DNA of 63,519 bases, counting the filler, from Saprolegnia diclina VS20 (taxonomy: Eukaryota), in assembly GCF_000281045.1 (NCBI RefSeq). It is 9 parts of 5 records of this genome, joined end to end, with 100 filler letters (N's around TTAATTAATTAA, not from the genome) between each part and the next. Parts side by side here need not be neighbours in the genome. Positions count along the whole stretch, not along the records: positions 18,345 to 39,688 come from NW_008246182.1; positions 39,789 to 42,528 come from NW_008246183.1; positions 42,629 to 48,019 come from NW_008246183.1; 6 more parts are not named here. One strand, given 5' to 3'. The notes below the pieces were generated by a model. That model was not told where the DNA came from. It made no database searches and was given only the letters and a program-made list of their open reading frames with translations. A program made the translations under genes and the position numbers. Position 1 is the stretch's first letter, and the number at the start of each line of letters is the position of its first letter. Of the stretch, positions 35,074 through 47,552 are shown piece after piece.

Positions 35074-36877
35074 GCGCCACATCGATCGTGATGATGAAAT
35101 GAATCAGTATGCATTAATCCTCTACCCACGACCGCAGCCTTCTCGTGGGTGCCATCCGAGACATATGGCACGCCGCCGGACCTTGCAGGTTGCCGCCTTT
35201 GGCGTCTTGCATGCTGTTTTCTATCGTACACCCCGAGGAAATGCATGCTTGCACTGGCCCGCCATTGCGGCCACCAAGTCGCAAGGGCGAGGGAACGCGA
35301 GATGGCAGCTTGGCATTTGTCGCCATGGCATCCTTGGATGGATGGCAAAGGGCAAATCTGGTTTGACAGAACATGTTGCGATCTTCGACTCGAGGGGCCG
35401 AAGACATCCCTGCGAGTTGCCTCGTCGCGCGCGACACAGGTGCACACGCTACGTGCGCCAACAAGGAGCAGCAAGTGAGTCTAGTTCTAAGAGTCGCTTT
35501 TCACTCGAGGCGCACAGCCGCTTTGACGGACGTCGCTCTGCTCTTCAAGGAGTCTTCTGTCAGTGTCAACTGTATTGGCATTCCATTTGCATACTATGAA
35601 TCCACCAAGTGCTGTCGACGTCCTGGCGTGGGGCCTCTAAGATACAACGACGATCTTAATACTGGCGTTTACCTCACATACGTCTAGGATCCCGCGTGGC
35701 TGCTTCTGGTATCCTTTGCGACATCATAGCTGTAGGTACAGCGTGTATGTAGACGTCGCGCTCGCTTTACTATGCCTCTCGACGATCTGCCTAGGGTTCA
35801 GTGCGTCATCCAGGGAAGTCGAGTGGCGAAAGTCGGTGGCCCGAAGAGGCCGGTGGCATGCGCGGGGATAACAGCGTTGCTAGCTCTGGCGCCATTTCGA
35901 TGCGAGCCAACTACATGTTGATCGCTCGCTTGCCGTCGGTCGAAGTACGATCGTCCCCATCTCCTCCGTGAAGTAATGCGAGGACAGATTCTGTTGTGCT
36001 CCTCGAAGATAGCTCTCGACGATCCCTCGAGTCGAAACACCCAGGGTTGGCATAAACGAGTCCGATGAGGAAAATCAATGTTGAGTTTGAGATGCATGAG
36101 GGCTCGACTGGTGGTGCACTTGTATGCTCAGAAACCCATGACTTTATGGTAACATTGTGCGTCAAAATATATTAATACTTGAAATACTCAAGAGTGAGCG
36201 ATTCGACTCAAGCTGGCCAACCAATGAGATCGCTCACATGCGGCCAATGAAATGGGGTGAAATCTTTTGGGTCATTTTCTCTGATGCTGATTTGAGCGAA
36301 CCGCTGTGTTGTGGATGTGTGCCCGTCCAAGCTACGTCGCTCGCTGCACCAGGGTCCACACCAGGGAACCCATCCTGCTCAGGACCACTGCAAGTCTGTC
36401 CACAGAAGCGACGACACTGATGCTGCTCACATGTCGCCCATGTGTGCACCGGCGTTCAAGACCCACAGTGTAAATATAATTCAACTCTGACAACTTGGTA
36501 ACCTCCTAATGTCAGAAATCCATGATGAGAGTGTTCGAGGTTACTGAGGCTACAAGCACGATTTGCGCTGGTGGCTGGCAGCCACAACTGCTACTACATT
36601 GTGATGGCCGCAATGTTTGCAGTGAACCCAGCTTACAGTACCACAAGGTGCATTCTAGTGAGCGATCTCATGACTGTATAGCAGCAACAACAGCAGGTTG
36701 GGTATGTTGACAAGAGATCGGCCTAACTTGGTTTGGCAAGCCGCTTGTAGCCGTCGGAATACGAAATTTTGGCGCCGAGAGCGTCGGGGGATTGGCGACA
36801 CCGTACGTCACACTGCTATCAGCCACCCCTGCTTTCGCCAGCCGACTTCGTTCATTTTTCAATTGCCTCTGTCGACC

Positions 36878-38995
36878 ATGGTGCGTGTCTTTCTCGCCTC
36901 GTCTCTCAGTCTCGCGCTCGCCCATGCGCTCGACACGACAGCACCACCCACTAACGCGACGGCGACGACTGACCTCGACGATGCCTCTGTGCTCAAGCAG
37001 TTCCAAGCGTGGCAGGCCTCCCCCGCCGGCCAGTTTGCTCGCAAGCAAGGCCTTCTGGAGAGTGCGGAGGCCGGTCCCGACCCGGTTCGGCTCGCCGCGT
37101 TCAAGGAGACGCTCATCACGATTGCGGAGCTCAACCAAAAGCACACGAGCGCGACCTTCTCGGCCGACAACCCGTTTGCTGCGATGACCAACGACGAGTT
37201 CGCCACCTATATCAAGCGCGCTGGCGCCGACGTCCAAGCTACGGCGGACCCATCGCGCCTCGAGACATCGACCGCAACCGACTCGATGGACTGGGCACCG
37301 TCTGGGTGCGTCGCGCCTGTGAAGGACCAAGGTGTGTGCGGCTCGTGCTACGCCCACGCAGCGGTCGCGGCCGTCGAAAGCGCCATGTGCCTCTTGAGCA
37401 ACCCGCGCAAACTCGTAACGTACTCGGACCAACAGCTCACGAGCTGCGGTCCCGGCGGCTGCACCGGTGGCCTCTCGTTGCGCTCGCTCAACTGGATGCT
37501 GGCGAATGGCGTGTGCACGCAAGACGCGTACCCATACAGCAACCAATTTACTTCGGTCACGGAGACGTGCAAGACGACGTGCAGTCCCGTGAAGCTACCG
37601 TTCACAGCGCTTGGCAAGTCGGTCGGTGAGAAGGAGCTCGAGACCAACCTGCGACGGCAACCCGTCGCGGCGACGATGGCCGCGTCCAGCGCCGTCTTCA
37701 AGAACTACCAAAGCGGCATCATCACGTCCGGCTGCGACACGGAGATCGACCACATGGTCCTCGCCGTCGGCTACGGCATCGACGCTGGTCTCCCGTTCTT
37801 CAAGTTCAAGAACTCGTGGGGCACGTCCTGGGGCGAGCAGGGCTACTTCCGGCTACAGCGCGGCGTTGGCGGCGTTGGTACGTGCGGGCTAGCGACCGGC
37901 GGTGACTTTCCGCAGATTGCGCCGCCGACATTCGGCTTGGCGACTGCACGCGGTGCTGTCGTGTACGAATANNNNNNNNNNNNNNNNNNNNNNNNNNNNN
38001 NNNNNNNNNNNNNNNNNNNNNNNNNNNNNNNNNNNNNNNNNNNNNNNNNNNNNNNNNNNNNNNNNNNNNNNNNNNNNNNNNNNNNNNNNNNNNNNNNNNN
38101 NNNNNNNNNNNNNNNNNNNNNNNNNNNNNNNNNNNNNNNNNNNNNNNNNNNNNNNNNNNNNNNNNNNNNNNNNNNNNNNNNNNNNNNNNNNNNNNNNNNN
38201 NNNNNNNNNNNNNNNNNNNNNNNNNNNNNNNNNNNNNNNNNNNNNNNNNNNNNNNNNNNNNNNNNNNNNNNNNNNNNNNNNNNNNNNNNNNNNNNNNNNN
38301 NNNNNNNNNNNNNNNNNNNNNNNNNNNNNNNNNNNNNNNNNNNNNNNNNNNNNNNNNNNNNNNNNNNNNNNNNNNNNNNNNNNNNNNNNNNNNNNNNNNN
38401 NGGGGAGTATCGCGTCCACACGTACGCGTGCGATGCGACCAACGGCAACCAGTTTTGGACGATCGACAGCGCCCGGCAGCGCATCAAGCACCGGACGCAC
38501 CCCAACTTGTGCCTCGATGTCGACCCAACGCAGAACAACAAGGTGCAGGTGTGGAGCTGCTACGACAACGCGCCCAACCAGCGCATCGCGATTACCGAAG
38601 AAAAGGTCAGACTCAACGCGTTCAACGGCCGGTACCTTGTCAGCGGCCAAGGCATTTTGCAGTTTGTGCAGATCTGGGGTGTCCCCTTCGAGTGGGTCGT
38701 CAACAACGTCGACATGACGTGGCGTGCGCGCTCGGACGGCGGCGGCGACAAGTGCTTGGACGCATACGAAGCCCGGAACGGCGGCACCGTGCACTTGTGG
38801 CCTTGCGACTCGAACAATGCCAACCAAAAGTGGCGCTTCGACGCGGCGACCGGCCAGCTTCGCCACGCGACGCACACTGGTTTTTGCCTCGATATGGCGA
38901 CGACCACCGGTGCGAAGCCGCAACTCTGGACGTGCAACACGCCCACCAACGACTTGCAAAAGTTCACCTACGAGTCGCTCAGCTTCCCGCAGTAA
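36878..38995 (+). CDS. Secreted papain-family (C1A) cysteine protease with C-terminal ricin B lectin domains (internal gap)
   Basis: Signal peptide, propeptide NPFAAMTNDEF, QGVCGSCYA, DHMVLAVGYG and KNSWG. Ricin-type NQFW/NQKW, CLD repeats follow. Confidence 0.93.
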   Translation: MVRVFLASSLSLALAHALDTTAPPTNATATTDLDDASVLKQFQAWQASPAGQFARKQGLLESAEAGPDPVRLAAFKETLITIAELNQKHTSATFSADNPFAAMTNDEFATYIKRAGADVQATADPSRLETSTATDSMDWAPSGCVAPVKDQGVCGSCYAHAAVAAVESAMCLLSNPRKLVTYSDQQLTSCGPGGCTGGLSLRSLNWMLANGVCTQDAYPYSNQFTSVTETCKTTCSPVKLPFTALGKSVGEKELETNLRRQPVAATMAASSAVFKNYQSGIITSGCDTEIDHMVLAVGYGIDAGLPFFKFKNSWGTSWGEQGYFRLQRGVGGVGTCGLATGGDFPQIAPPTFGLATARGAVVYEXXXXXXXXXXXXXXXXXXXXXXXXXXXXXXXXXXXXXXXXXXXXXXXXXXXXXXXXXXXXXXXXXXXXXXXXXXXXXXXXXXXXXXXXXXXXXXXXXXXXXXXXXXXXXXXXXXXXXXXXXXXXXXXXXXXXXXXXXXXXXXXXGEYRVHTYACDATNGNQFWTIDSARQRIKHRTHPNLCLDVDPTQNNKVQVWSCYDNAPNQRIAITEEKVRLNAFNGRYLVSGQGILQFVQIWGVPFEWVVNNVDMTWRARSDGGGDKCLDAYEARNGGTVHLWPCDSNNANQKWRFDAATGQLRHATHTGFCLDMATTTGAKPQLWTCNTPTNDLQKFTYESLSFPQ

Positions 38996-39787
38996 AAATG
39001 TCCTCTTTATTCTTGAAGCCGAGAACGTTATTCTCCATCCATACGATTTGCACTCAGAAAATATACACAAAATATATCAATCATTGCTGTAGAAGATGGT
39101 CCTGAGGTTCTCTGAGATGGTGTCGAAATGACTGCTTGCTCAAGTGCGTCTAACCTTTCATCTGCTTGGACTTGGACTAAAAACGCTTGGCGCGCCTGGG
39201 TGGCGTCAAAAAGCTCACGTTTGCATCGAAATACACTCGGATTACGTGCAACCTGAATATTGTCTCCCAATGACTGCGGTCATCTCACGTACGCGCTCGT
39301 CATGAAAATGGACTTGGTCGTGCGACCACAACCACACAACGGCAGAGTGTGTTCGAGTGTACTTTGACGTGCAAGTATAGTATGTGCATGTTGGTAAAAT
39401 ATAAGTGCAATGTGACGAGCTCAAAGTGCATTGTGCGATTTCGGCTCGATGCAGCTCAGGCCTTGGCTTCCGGCAACAGCTCACGAGTATGGCAGGATCT
39501 ATTTGAGCTCAAACAACCAGTCACAACCGGTGAACTGGATTTACAGGGCCATGTCTCACTACTATCAGCACCTCTATCAGCCGTGGAAATCAGCTGTCGC
39601 CCCGGCTGGAACTCGACGCTCCAAAATGAACCAATGCAATCGAAGTGTTCGCGAGTCCCTCGCATTTGATTGGCTTTTAGCGACGTCCNNNNNNNNNNNN
39701 NNNNNNNNNNNNNNNNNNNNNNNNNNNNNNNNTTAATTAATTAANNNNNNNNNNNNNNNNNNNNNNNNNNNNNNNNNNNNNNNNNNN

Positions 39788-40834
39788 NCTCATCGACGGG
39801 TACGACGGCGCCTCGGCCACGTTGCACATGCCCTGACCGCCGCCACCGCGCTGGAGACGCATGTAGCCGCGCTCGCCCCAGCCAGTGCCCCACGAGTTGC
39901 GGATCTTGAAGTAGCTGCCGCCGTCCGAGCCATACCCGACCGCAATGACCGCGTGGTCCGACTGGCCGCCGGGACACGACTTGACAATACCGCTCTTGTA
40001 GTTGCGCCACACGTTGTTGCCGGCCTCGACGACGACGGTCACCGGTTGCTTGTCGAGCGCCGACTGCAGCGCGCTCTCGCCACGAATGTCGACGGGCGCA
40101 CCGACGCTGAGCTTGTTCTTCTTGCAGTTCTGCTTGCACTGGCTGTCGCTCTGCGTGTACGGAAAGTCGGACGACGAGCACACGCCCGTCTGCGCAATGT
40201 ACTCGAGGGCCTTGTTGGGCCAGCCGCCCTGGCAACCCTGACCCGCGCTCGACGCGCAGCTCACGAGCTGCTGCTCCGAGAGGTCGATGAGCTGACCCGT
40301 GACGAGGCAGTGCGCCATCGCAGACGCACCGACGGCCGCAAACGACCAGCACGAGCCGCAGCTGCCCTGGTTCTTGATGGCCGGCATGCACTTGCCCGTC
40401 GTCCAGTCCTTCCCGCTCGCCTCGCGCTGCGCTGGCGTGAGCTGGAGCTGGATGTTTTCACCGCGGAGCTGGCGCTTCTTGGGGGGCGACCCGAACGCGC
40501 CCTTGACAAACTTTTCAAACTCGGCGTCCGTCATGAGCGCAAACTGGTTGTCCGTCGAGAAGGTCGCCGACCCGTTGTGCTCCTTGTTGAGGTCCGCGAC
40601 GACCTTCTTGGTGTGGGCAAAGCGCGTGAGCTCCGTCTCGAGCTGTTCGTGCGCGTTGAAGCTTTCGGTGCGCGGCTTGGGCGGGAGGAGACCCTGGACG
40701 ACAGCGGCCTTGCCGGCCTGGCTCTTCTTCCACGCGTCGAGTTCTTGGAGGAGCTCGTTGCGCTCCTTGTTGGTCATCTCGAGCGCGGTCGCCGACGCCG
40801 CGAGAAGGGCGGTTGTGAGGAAGATGGACTTCAT
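39788..40834 (-). CDS. Secreted C1A cysteine protease (3' end in gap)
   Basis: MKSIFLTTALL signal peptide, NQGSCGSCWSF, DHAVIAVGYG and RNSWG. Confidence 0.93.
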
Positions 40835-42675
40835 GGCCAAAGGGGAAAAGGTAAAATGGATCTCCGAGATCACCACATCAAAAGTCGATCTTGACACACA
40901 TATGTTGGTGTCGTCTGCCTCTCTGTTTCGAACGTTCTGACTGGACGCGCCATCTGTTGTCCGCGTCGGAAGGATCATGTCCTGGCGATTTGCAGCCACT
41001 TGTGTGCGACTCGACGCCACGACGAGGCGGTCGTCGCCGAGAGGACGTGCTGTGTCCACAACGATCTCGGGCGTCTGAGAATCGAAGCGGCGGCGTCCGT
41101 CTCATGGTAGCGGCGTGTTGGTAGCGGCGATTCGAACCCTGAGCATGCATTGCACCAATGTCCGCAGTCGGTTCTTTGAGACGCAAGGCAGGTGCAGGAA
41201 CTCTGCCCGGCGTATACACGTCAAGTTCGAATCTTGCATACTAGTATCGATGGTCTTGGTCGGGGACGGAGCTTCTGGCCACAGGACGGACGGGTTGACG
41301 AGGCCAAGAACTTGGACAGCGCATTTTCACACTATGGAGAGTGCGAATACTACGAGGCCTCAGGACATTAGAGGAAGCTACTACGTGCATTGTCGGGTGC
41401 ATATCCATGATGGCAAGGATGAGCCGCAACTGGCTTGGTGGGATCCGGTCGCCTTCTTCGATCCGAATACTTATGGGCCAAAATGCAACAACTGCGTGCG
41501 CCGACGCCGACTGCAAAACGCGTGCTCTGCGACATGGCCGTCGTACAGTGCTCTCTATTTGGCTGAGCTGAATACGTGGTGGTATAGCAATGAGCTCGAG
41601 CAAAGGTGGTGATATTGGGCGGAGTAGGCGCCGAGCAAACCAGATCAGACTGGAGTAGAGGGCTTCAGCACGATGAAAGAGCACGCAGTAGGTAGCATCA
41701 AAACGGCAGGTCCTAGGGTCAATTCAGCTGGACTTGTACTACGTACGTGGTTCGCGCGAAACGTGGAGAAAAAGCGCTATGGGCGCTGGTGCAAAAGGCG
41801 AGAGCGACCATGGGGCCGCACAACGCCGACGGTCAGGACTGACCAAGTATAAGATATCGCCTTTGATATAGCGAGTGCGGAAGGTGTCCTTTATAATGCA
41901 CATCTTACGGAGTGATTTGGGATGCCTACTACTGATTGGCTGAAAAGGAGAGAGTCAACCAATGAGAGGGCTGTACCAGTTTGAACTGGGAAACCGAGGA
42001 CAGTTGAACCGGAAAGGAAGACGTTTCCTGTGCGTCGAGGATCGCTTCTAGCACGAAGCATTTTGGTGCTAGGCGTAGCAACTAGTGAAATATAAGAAAT
42101 GATTTACATTGCTCATGAGAGAGCGCATATCTTATTGGAGCAGAGGCGTCGTGATTTGCTCACATGCGACTTGCTGCACCATCCGAGTCTTCGCGACGTA
42201 GCTTTGTGAGAAGCAAACGCGACCAGGGCGATAGTTTTAGGACCGAAGTTGCTACAGTGTTTTGAGTTTGGGGCCGGTAGGTCGCCTCGTGCGCCCCAAC
42301 AAGGGAAGTTATTCCCTTGGTCTAACGCTCCATCAGACCATGCGTAGAGCTTATTGAGACTGATAGTCACTCGCCCCGTTAACAAGCCACCGTCACGACA
42401 GTCTTTTCGAGACGCCAAAGTGCTCCGAAGCCAATACGGTGCAGCGCCAGCCCTGGATCGTCCATCGTTCGATCGACTAATATGACTTAGAGTCTGCTCG
42501 ACCTGCTTGTGCGGCTGCATTCCTTATTNNNNNNNNNNNNNNNNNNNNNNNNNNNNNNNNNNNNNNNNNNNNTTAATTAATTAANNNNNNNNNNNNNNNN
42601 NNNNNNNNNNNNNNNNNNNNNNNNNNNNACCACCATCGCCCTCACTTTTCATTTTCTCGCATCGCGACACCCAAC

Positions 42676-44094
42676 ATGATGCACACAAAGCTCACGGTTG
42701 CTGCCTTGGCCATGGCGTCGGTCGCGGCCACCGACATCTTTTCGGACGCGACGCTGGACGCGATCAAGGAGCTGCAGCAGTGGAAGGAGAGTGCGGCGGG
42801 CCAGAAGGCCATCGAGGCCGGCTTTGTGCCGACCACCGAGTCCGACGGCCGCCAAGAGGCTGGCACGACGCTCGAGGCCGTCGAGCTCGAGCGCTTCCTG
42901 GAGACCAAGAAGATCGTCGAGCAACTCAACAAGGACTACCCGGACGCCGAGTTCTCGGTCGACAACCCGTTCGCGCTCCTCACCGAAGACGAGTTTGCGC
43001 AGTACGTCATGGAGTCGTTTGGCCCGCCGACCCGCAAGTTGCGGTCGACGCACCCGGTCGGACGGGACCTCTCGGTGGCCCAGCGCCAAGCCGAAGACGA
43101 GAAGGACTGGTCGAGCCACAAGTGCAACGGACCGGTCAAGCACCAAGGCGGCTGCGGGTCGTGCTGGACGTTTGCGGCGACGGGCCAGGCCGCATTCTCG
43201 CACTGCCTTGCGACCGGCGAGCTTCTCGACCTCTCGCAACAGCAGCTCGTGAGCTGTGCGCGCGACGCCGGCCAGGGCTGCAAGGGCGGCTGGCCCCCGA
43301 ACGCGCTCGAGTACATTCGCAAGACCGGTGTCTGCATGGACGCCGACTACCCATACGTCTCGGGCAACACCAAGCAGGACGGCACATGCCAAGAGTCGTG
43401 CAAGAAGACGAAGCTCCAGATCGGCGACACGGTTGAAATCCAAGGCGAAGGCGCGCTCCAAGAAGCGCTCAACGACCAGGTCGTCGAGGTCGCTGTCGAG
43501 GCCGGCAACAACGTATGGAAGAACTACAAGAAAGGTGTCATTCGGCAGTGCCCCGGCGCGCGCGTCGACCACGCCGTCATTGCTATGGGCTATGGCACCA
43601 AAGACGGTGTGAACCACTTCAAGATCAAGAACTCGTGGGGCACGACGTGGGGCGAGCAAGGGTACGTGTACCTCGAGCGCGGTGTCGGCGGCAAGGGCAT
43701 GTGCAACGTCGCCGAGTACCCGTCGTATCCCAAGCTGGCATCGTCGCCCAAGCCGACGTCTGACAAGCCGACGCCCGCGCCAACGTCGGACGAGCCCTCG
43801 AACGAACCCACAGACGAACCCACGAACAAGCCCACGACCAAGCCCACTGGCAAGCCCACTGGCAAGCCCACGACGTCGCCCACGACGCACAAGCCCAAGC
43901 CGACGCAGCAGCCCAAGCCGACGTCCGGCGAGCCGACGACCAAGCCGACCCCGACGTCCAAGGCGCCGTCCAACAACTGCGGCGGCTGCACGGGTTGCTA
44001 CTACCCCAACCAGCGCGCGTGCCAGCCGGCCTTTGACAAGGCCACGTGCGACGTCATGACGCCGTACTATGGTACTATCTGGTGCGGCAACTAA
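42676..44094 (+). CDS. Secreted C1A cysteine protease with P/T/K linker and Cys-rich C-terminal module
   Basis: HQGGCGSCWTF, DHAVIAMGYG and KNSWG. Tail CGGCTGCYYP..C..ATC..YGTIWCGN. Confidence 0.95.
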   Translation: MMHTKLTVAALAMASVAATDIFSDATLDAIKELQQWKESAAGQKAIEAGFVPTTESDGRQEAGTTLEAVELERFLETKKIVEQLNKDYPDAEFSVDNPFALLTEDEFAQYVMESFGPPTRKLRSTHPVGRDLSVAQRQAEDEKDWSSHKCNGPVKHQGGCGSCWTFAATGQAAFSHCLATGELLDLSQQQLVSCARDAGQGCKGGWPPNALEYIRKTGVCMDADYPYVSGNTKQDGTCQESCKKTKLQIGDTVEIQGEGALQEALNDQVVEVAVEAGNNVWKNYKKGVIRQCPGARVDHAVIAMGYGTKDGVNHFKIKNSWGTTWGEQGYVYLERGVGGKGMCNVAEYPSYPKLASSPKPTSDKPTPAPTSDEPSNEPTDEPTNKPTTKPTGKPTGKPTTSPTTHKPKPTQQPKPTSGEPTTKPTPTSKAPSNNCGGCTGCYYPNQRACQPAFDKATCDVMTPYYGTIWCGN

Positions 44095-44276
44095 GTGGTA
44101 TAGTGTCCATTGTGTCTTGTATGACTAAAAACCACGTCGTTTTCCCTTTCCAATCTTGTGTTGCGATCTTGGAATCCAAATCATCGAGGTGGCCAATCAG
44201 CATTCGGCGTGGACATCAATTCGGCCAATGAAAGAGATTGCAGCTGCGACCCAATCCGCAGGCTTCATTCGTGATG

Positions 44277-47178
44277 ATTGCAGCCGATCGGTGCGAAGCA
44301 GCAGACGAAATCGTGGCAACATGGCTGCAAAGATGGCCAAATTGGCAGCAAGCGGTGGGCTCTGCGGCGACCAAGGCAACCACGTGATCGCCAAGTGCCA
44401 CCGCTTTGACGACGTTGATGGGTGAGACCGCCGCAGCTCACAAGCAGCAACAAGCTTACATCGGTTCTGCCATGTAGCGAAGGCACTCTTCCTGCCTCCG
44501 TGACCGCTTCTGGTCGAGGTCATTGCGCGTGGTGACCTTGTCTTGGCATTTGCCGTAGCTACTTTGTCCGTGAAGACAACAACAATTGCAGTCGGGACAC
44601 TGCTCGGCCTCGTCTCGGCCGCCGTCTCGATGTCAACAAACGCAAGCGCTGGGTCGAGCTGGTCGCCAAGCAGCGTCGTCGAGGCGGCGCATTTCCTACG
44701 CAATGCTTTCGGTGTCGATGTTGGTGCATGAAGAGGCTGCCGGTGGCGCGGACGGTTTGTCTTGGCTCCTGCCTCTGCAGGTCGTCGCCATCGTCGAGCG
44801 TCAAGTCCAGCGCCAACACACACCGTGTCGATGCCAAGAGAAACTAAGTCGACGGAGGCGCTGCCAGCGTACGACTGATCCCCGACCCAAGCCAACACGA
44901 ACAACGCCGCGGTGCGCTTTGGATGCATGTAGAGACTTTGCAAGAGTCTGCAAGGTCCCACCCAAGCCACGTGCTGCGTGAGAAGCAAGCATTGAACGGG
45001 ACTTGCCTCCTGATCTACCCCACGGAAGCCGCGATTCGGTCGGCCACACCTCGACGACGACGATCTCCTTGCGTAGATCCTAGTCCTACCCCTCCAGAGT
45101 CAACTGCGCTCCTACAGAGCTAGCTAGCTCGCTCCTACGACTACGACGATGAAGCGCGTGCGATGCGGATGAATTGCGCCGAGGGGTCCCTGCGATGGCC
45201 ACGGACATTCACACGCAGAATGGCCAAACCACACACCACTAGGACATCGTTTCTCTGTACTATTTACGGGTTCGCAGTCCGAATAATGCATGCGACGAAA
45301 GCACGTTCGACTGATTTATCAGACATCTACCGACGCGTGGCTAGAAGGACTGCGTATCCGACACCCGACTGACACCCCTAGACCTACCCTAGACCTACCT
45401 CCGGTGCCATCCAGGTCCGCGGCCGTCGCAGATGAACCCATGTTCGACGCCGGAGATCCGAGCTCCCGCTGCCTCTCCGGCTCGGTCAGTATAGCGTCTC
45501 TGTGCTCTGGTACATAAATCCCGAGTCAAATACAGTACGCGCCCGGGTAAAGGACTCACGGGATGTGAGCACCTGGGTGCTACATCAGAGAACGAGACTG
45601 CACTTCCGAGCCAGCTCTCCACGCCCGAGCTGTCGTGGACCTGCTCAAGAGCTTGCANNNNNNNNNNNNNNNNNNNNNNNNNNNNNNNNNNNNNNNNNNN
45701 NNNNNNNNNNNNNNNNNNNNNNNNNNNNNNNNNNNNNNNNNNNNNNNNNNNNNNNNNGGCCTCGGGCAGCGCCGGCACCGACGTGACCGTGCTGAGCTGC
45801 TGGTGGAAGACTTTGAACTCGTTGAAGCGCTTATTGCAGCCAATCGGTGCGAAGCAGCAGTCGAAATCGTGGCAACCTGGCAGCAAAGATGGGCAAACTG
45901 GCAGCAAGCGGTGGGCTCTGCGGCGACCAAGACAACCACGTGATCGTCAAGTGCCGCCGCTTTGACGACGTCGATGGGTGAGACCGCCGCAACTCACAAC
46001 CAGCAGTGTGCATCGGTTCTGCCTTGTAGCGAAGGCGCTCTTGCTGCCTCCGTGACCGCTTCTGGTCGAGGTCATTGCGCGTGGTGACCTTGTCTTGGCA
46101 TTTGCCGCAGCTACTTTGTCCGTGAAGACAACAACACCGACACCGAAAGCATTGCGTAGGAAAGCAGCTGATATGCGCCGCCTCGACGACGCTGCTTGGC
46201 GACCAGCTCGACCCAGCGATTGCGTTTGTCGACATCGAGACAGCGACCGAGACGAGGCTGAGCAGTGTCCCGACTGCAATTGGTGTATGAAGAGGCTGCC
46301 GGTGGCGCGGACGGTTTGTCTTGGCTCCTGCCTCTGCAGGTCGTCGCCATCGTCGAGCGTCAAGTCCAGGCCGACACACACCGTGTCGATGCCAAGAGAA
46401 GCTATGTCGACGGAGGCACTGCCAGCGCACGACTAATCCCGACCCAAGCCAACACAAGCAACGCCGCGGTGCGCTTTGGATGCATGTAGAGACTTTGCAA
46501 GAGTCTCCAAGGTCCCACCCAAGCCACGTGCTGCGTGGGAAGCAAGCATTGAACGACACTTGCCTCCTGATCCACCCCACGGAAGCCGCGATTCGGTCGG
46601 CCACACCTCGACGACGACGATCTCCTTGCACAGATCCTAGCCCTATCCCTCCAGAGTCAGCTGCGCTCCTACGACTACGACTACGAAGCGCGTGCGATGC
46701 GGGCGAATTGCGCCGAGGGGTCCCTGCGATGGCCACGGACATTCGCACGCAGAATGGCCAAACCACACGCCACTAGGCCATCGTTTCTCTGTACTATTTA
46801 CGGGTTCGCAGTCCGAATGATGCATGCGACGAAAGCACGTTCGACTGATTTATCAGACATCTATCGACGCGTGGCTAGAAGGACTGCGTATCAGACACGC
46901 CTAGACCTACCCTAGACCTACCCTAGACCTACCTCCGGTGCCACCCAGGTCCGCGGCCGTCGCAGATGAACCCATGTTCGACGCCGGAGATCCGAGCTCT
47001 CGCTGCCTCTCCGGCTCGGGCAGTATAGCGTCTCTCTGCTCTAGTACGTAAATCCCGAGTCAAATACAGTACGCGCCCGGGTAAAGGACGCACGGGATGT
47101 GAGCACCTGGGTGCTACATCAGAGAACGAGCCAGCTCTCCACGCCCGAGCTGTCGTGGACCTGCTCAAGAGCTCGCAA
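44277..47178. repeat. Tandem segmental duplication (about 1.4-kb units: 44277-45657 and 45833-47178) with CCTAGACCTACC mini-repeats
   Basis: Colinear near-identical sequence offset by about 1.55 kb. No intact shared ORF. Confidence 0.9.
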
Positions 47179-47552
47179 CGTGATGACAATAGTGGCGCAC
47201 AAGGAACGGTCTGTGCCAACGTCTGGATCCGACCTCGCACATCGCACATAGCCTTTTGCTCGCCGAATTGCTCACCTCCGACACAGGTGGTTTCTCGCCT
47301 TGCTTTGAGCAGGTCACGCTGCCAGCTGTTGATGTGCGTCTCTGTGGTAATGTATGCGGTCCCTTTCTCAACTTCAGAACTCGACCGAGTACGATGCACC
47401 ACGCGATGTACTATCATAGATCAAGCTCCGCGTCACACGCTTCTTGGAAAGCAGACTGGCGCGTAGGACTCCGCATTGGCGCGGTCCCTTCTACACGCCG
47501 GCGTGCACCAACCCCGAGAGCTCATTCCACAACTTTCCATTTTCCACACAAC

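Noticed and set aside
44197..46776. Long ORFs (263 and 311 aa) in the duplicated block as transposases
   Set aside because: Frames are not conserved between the two copies, and no DDE, RT or tyrosine-recombinase motif was recognised.
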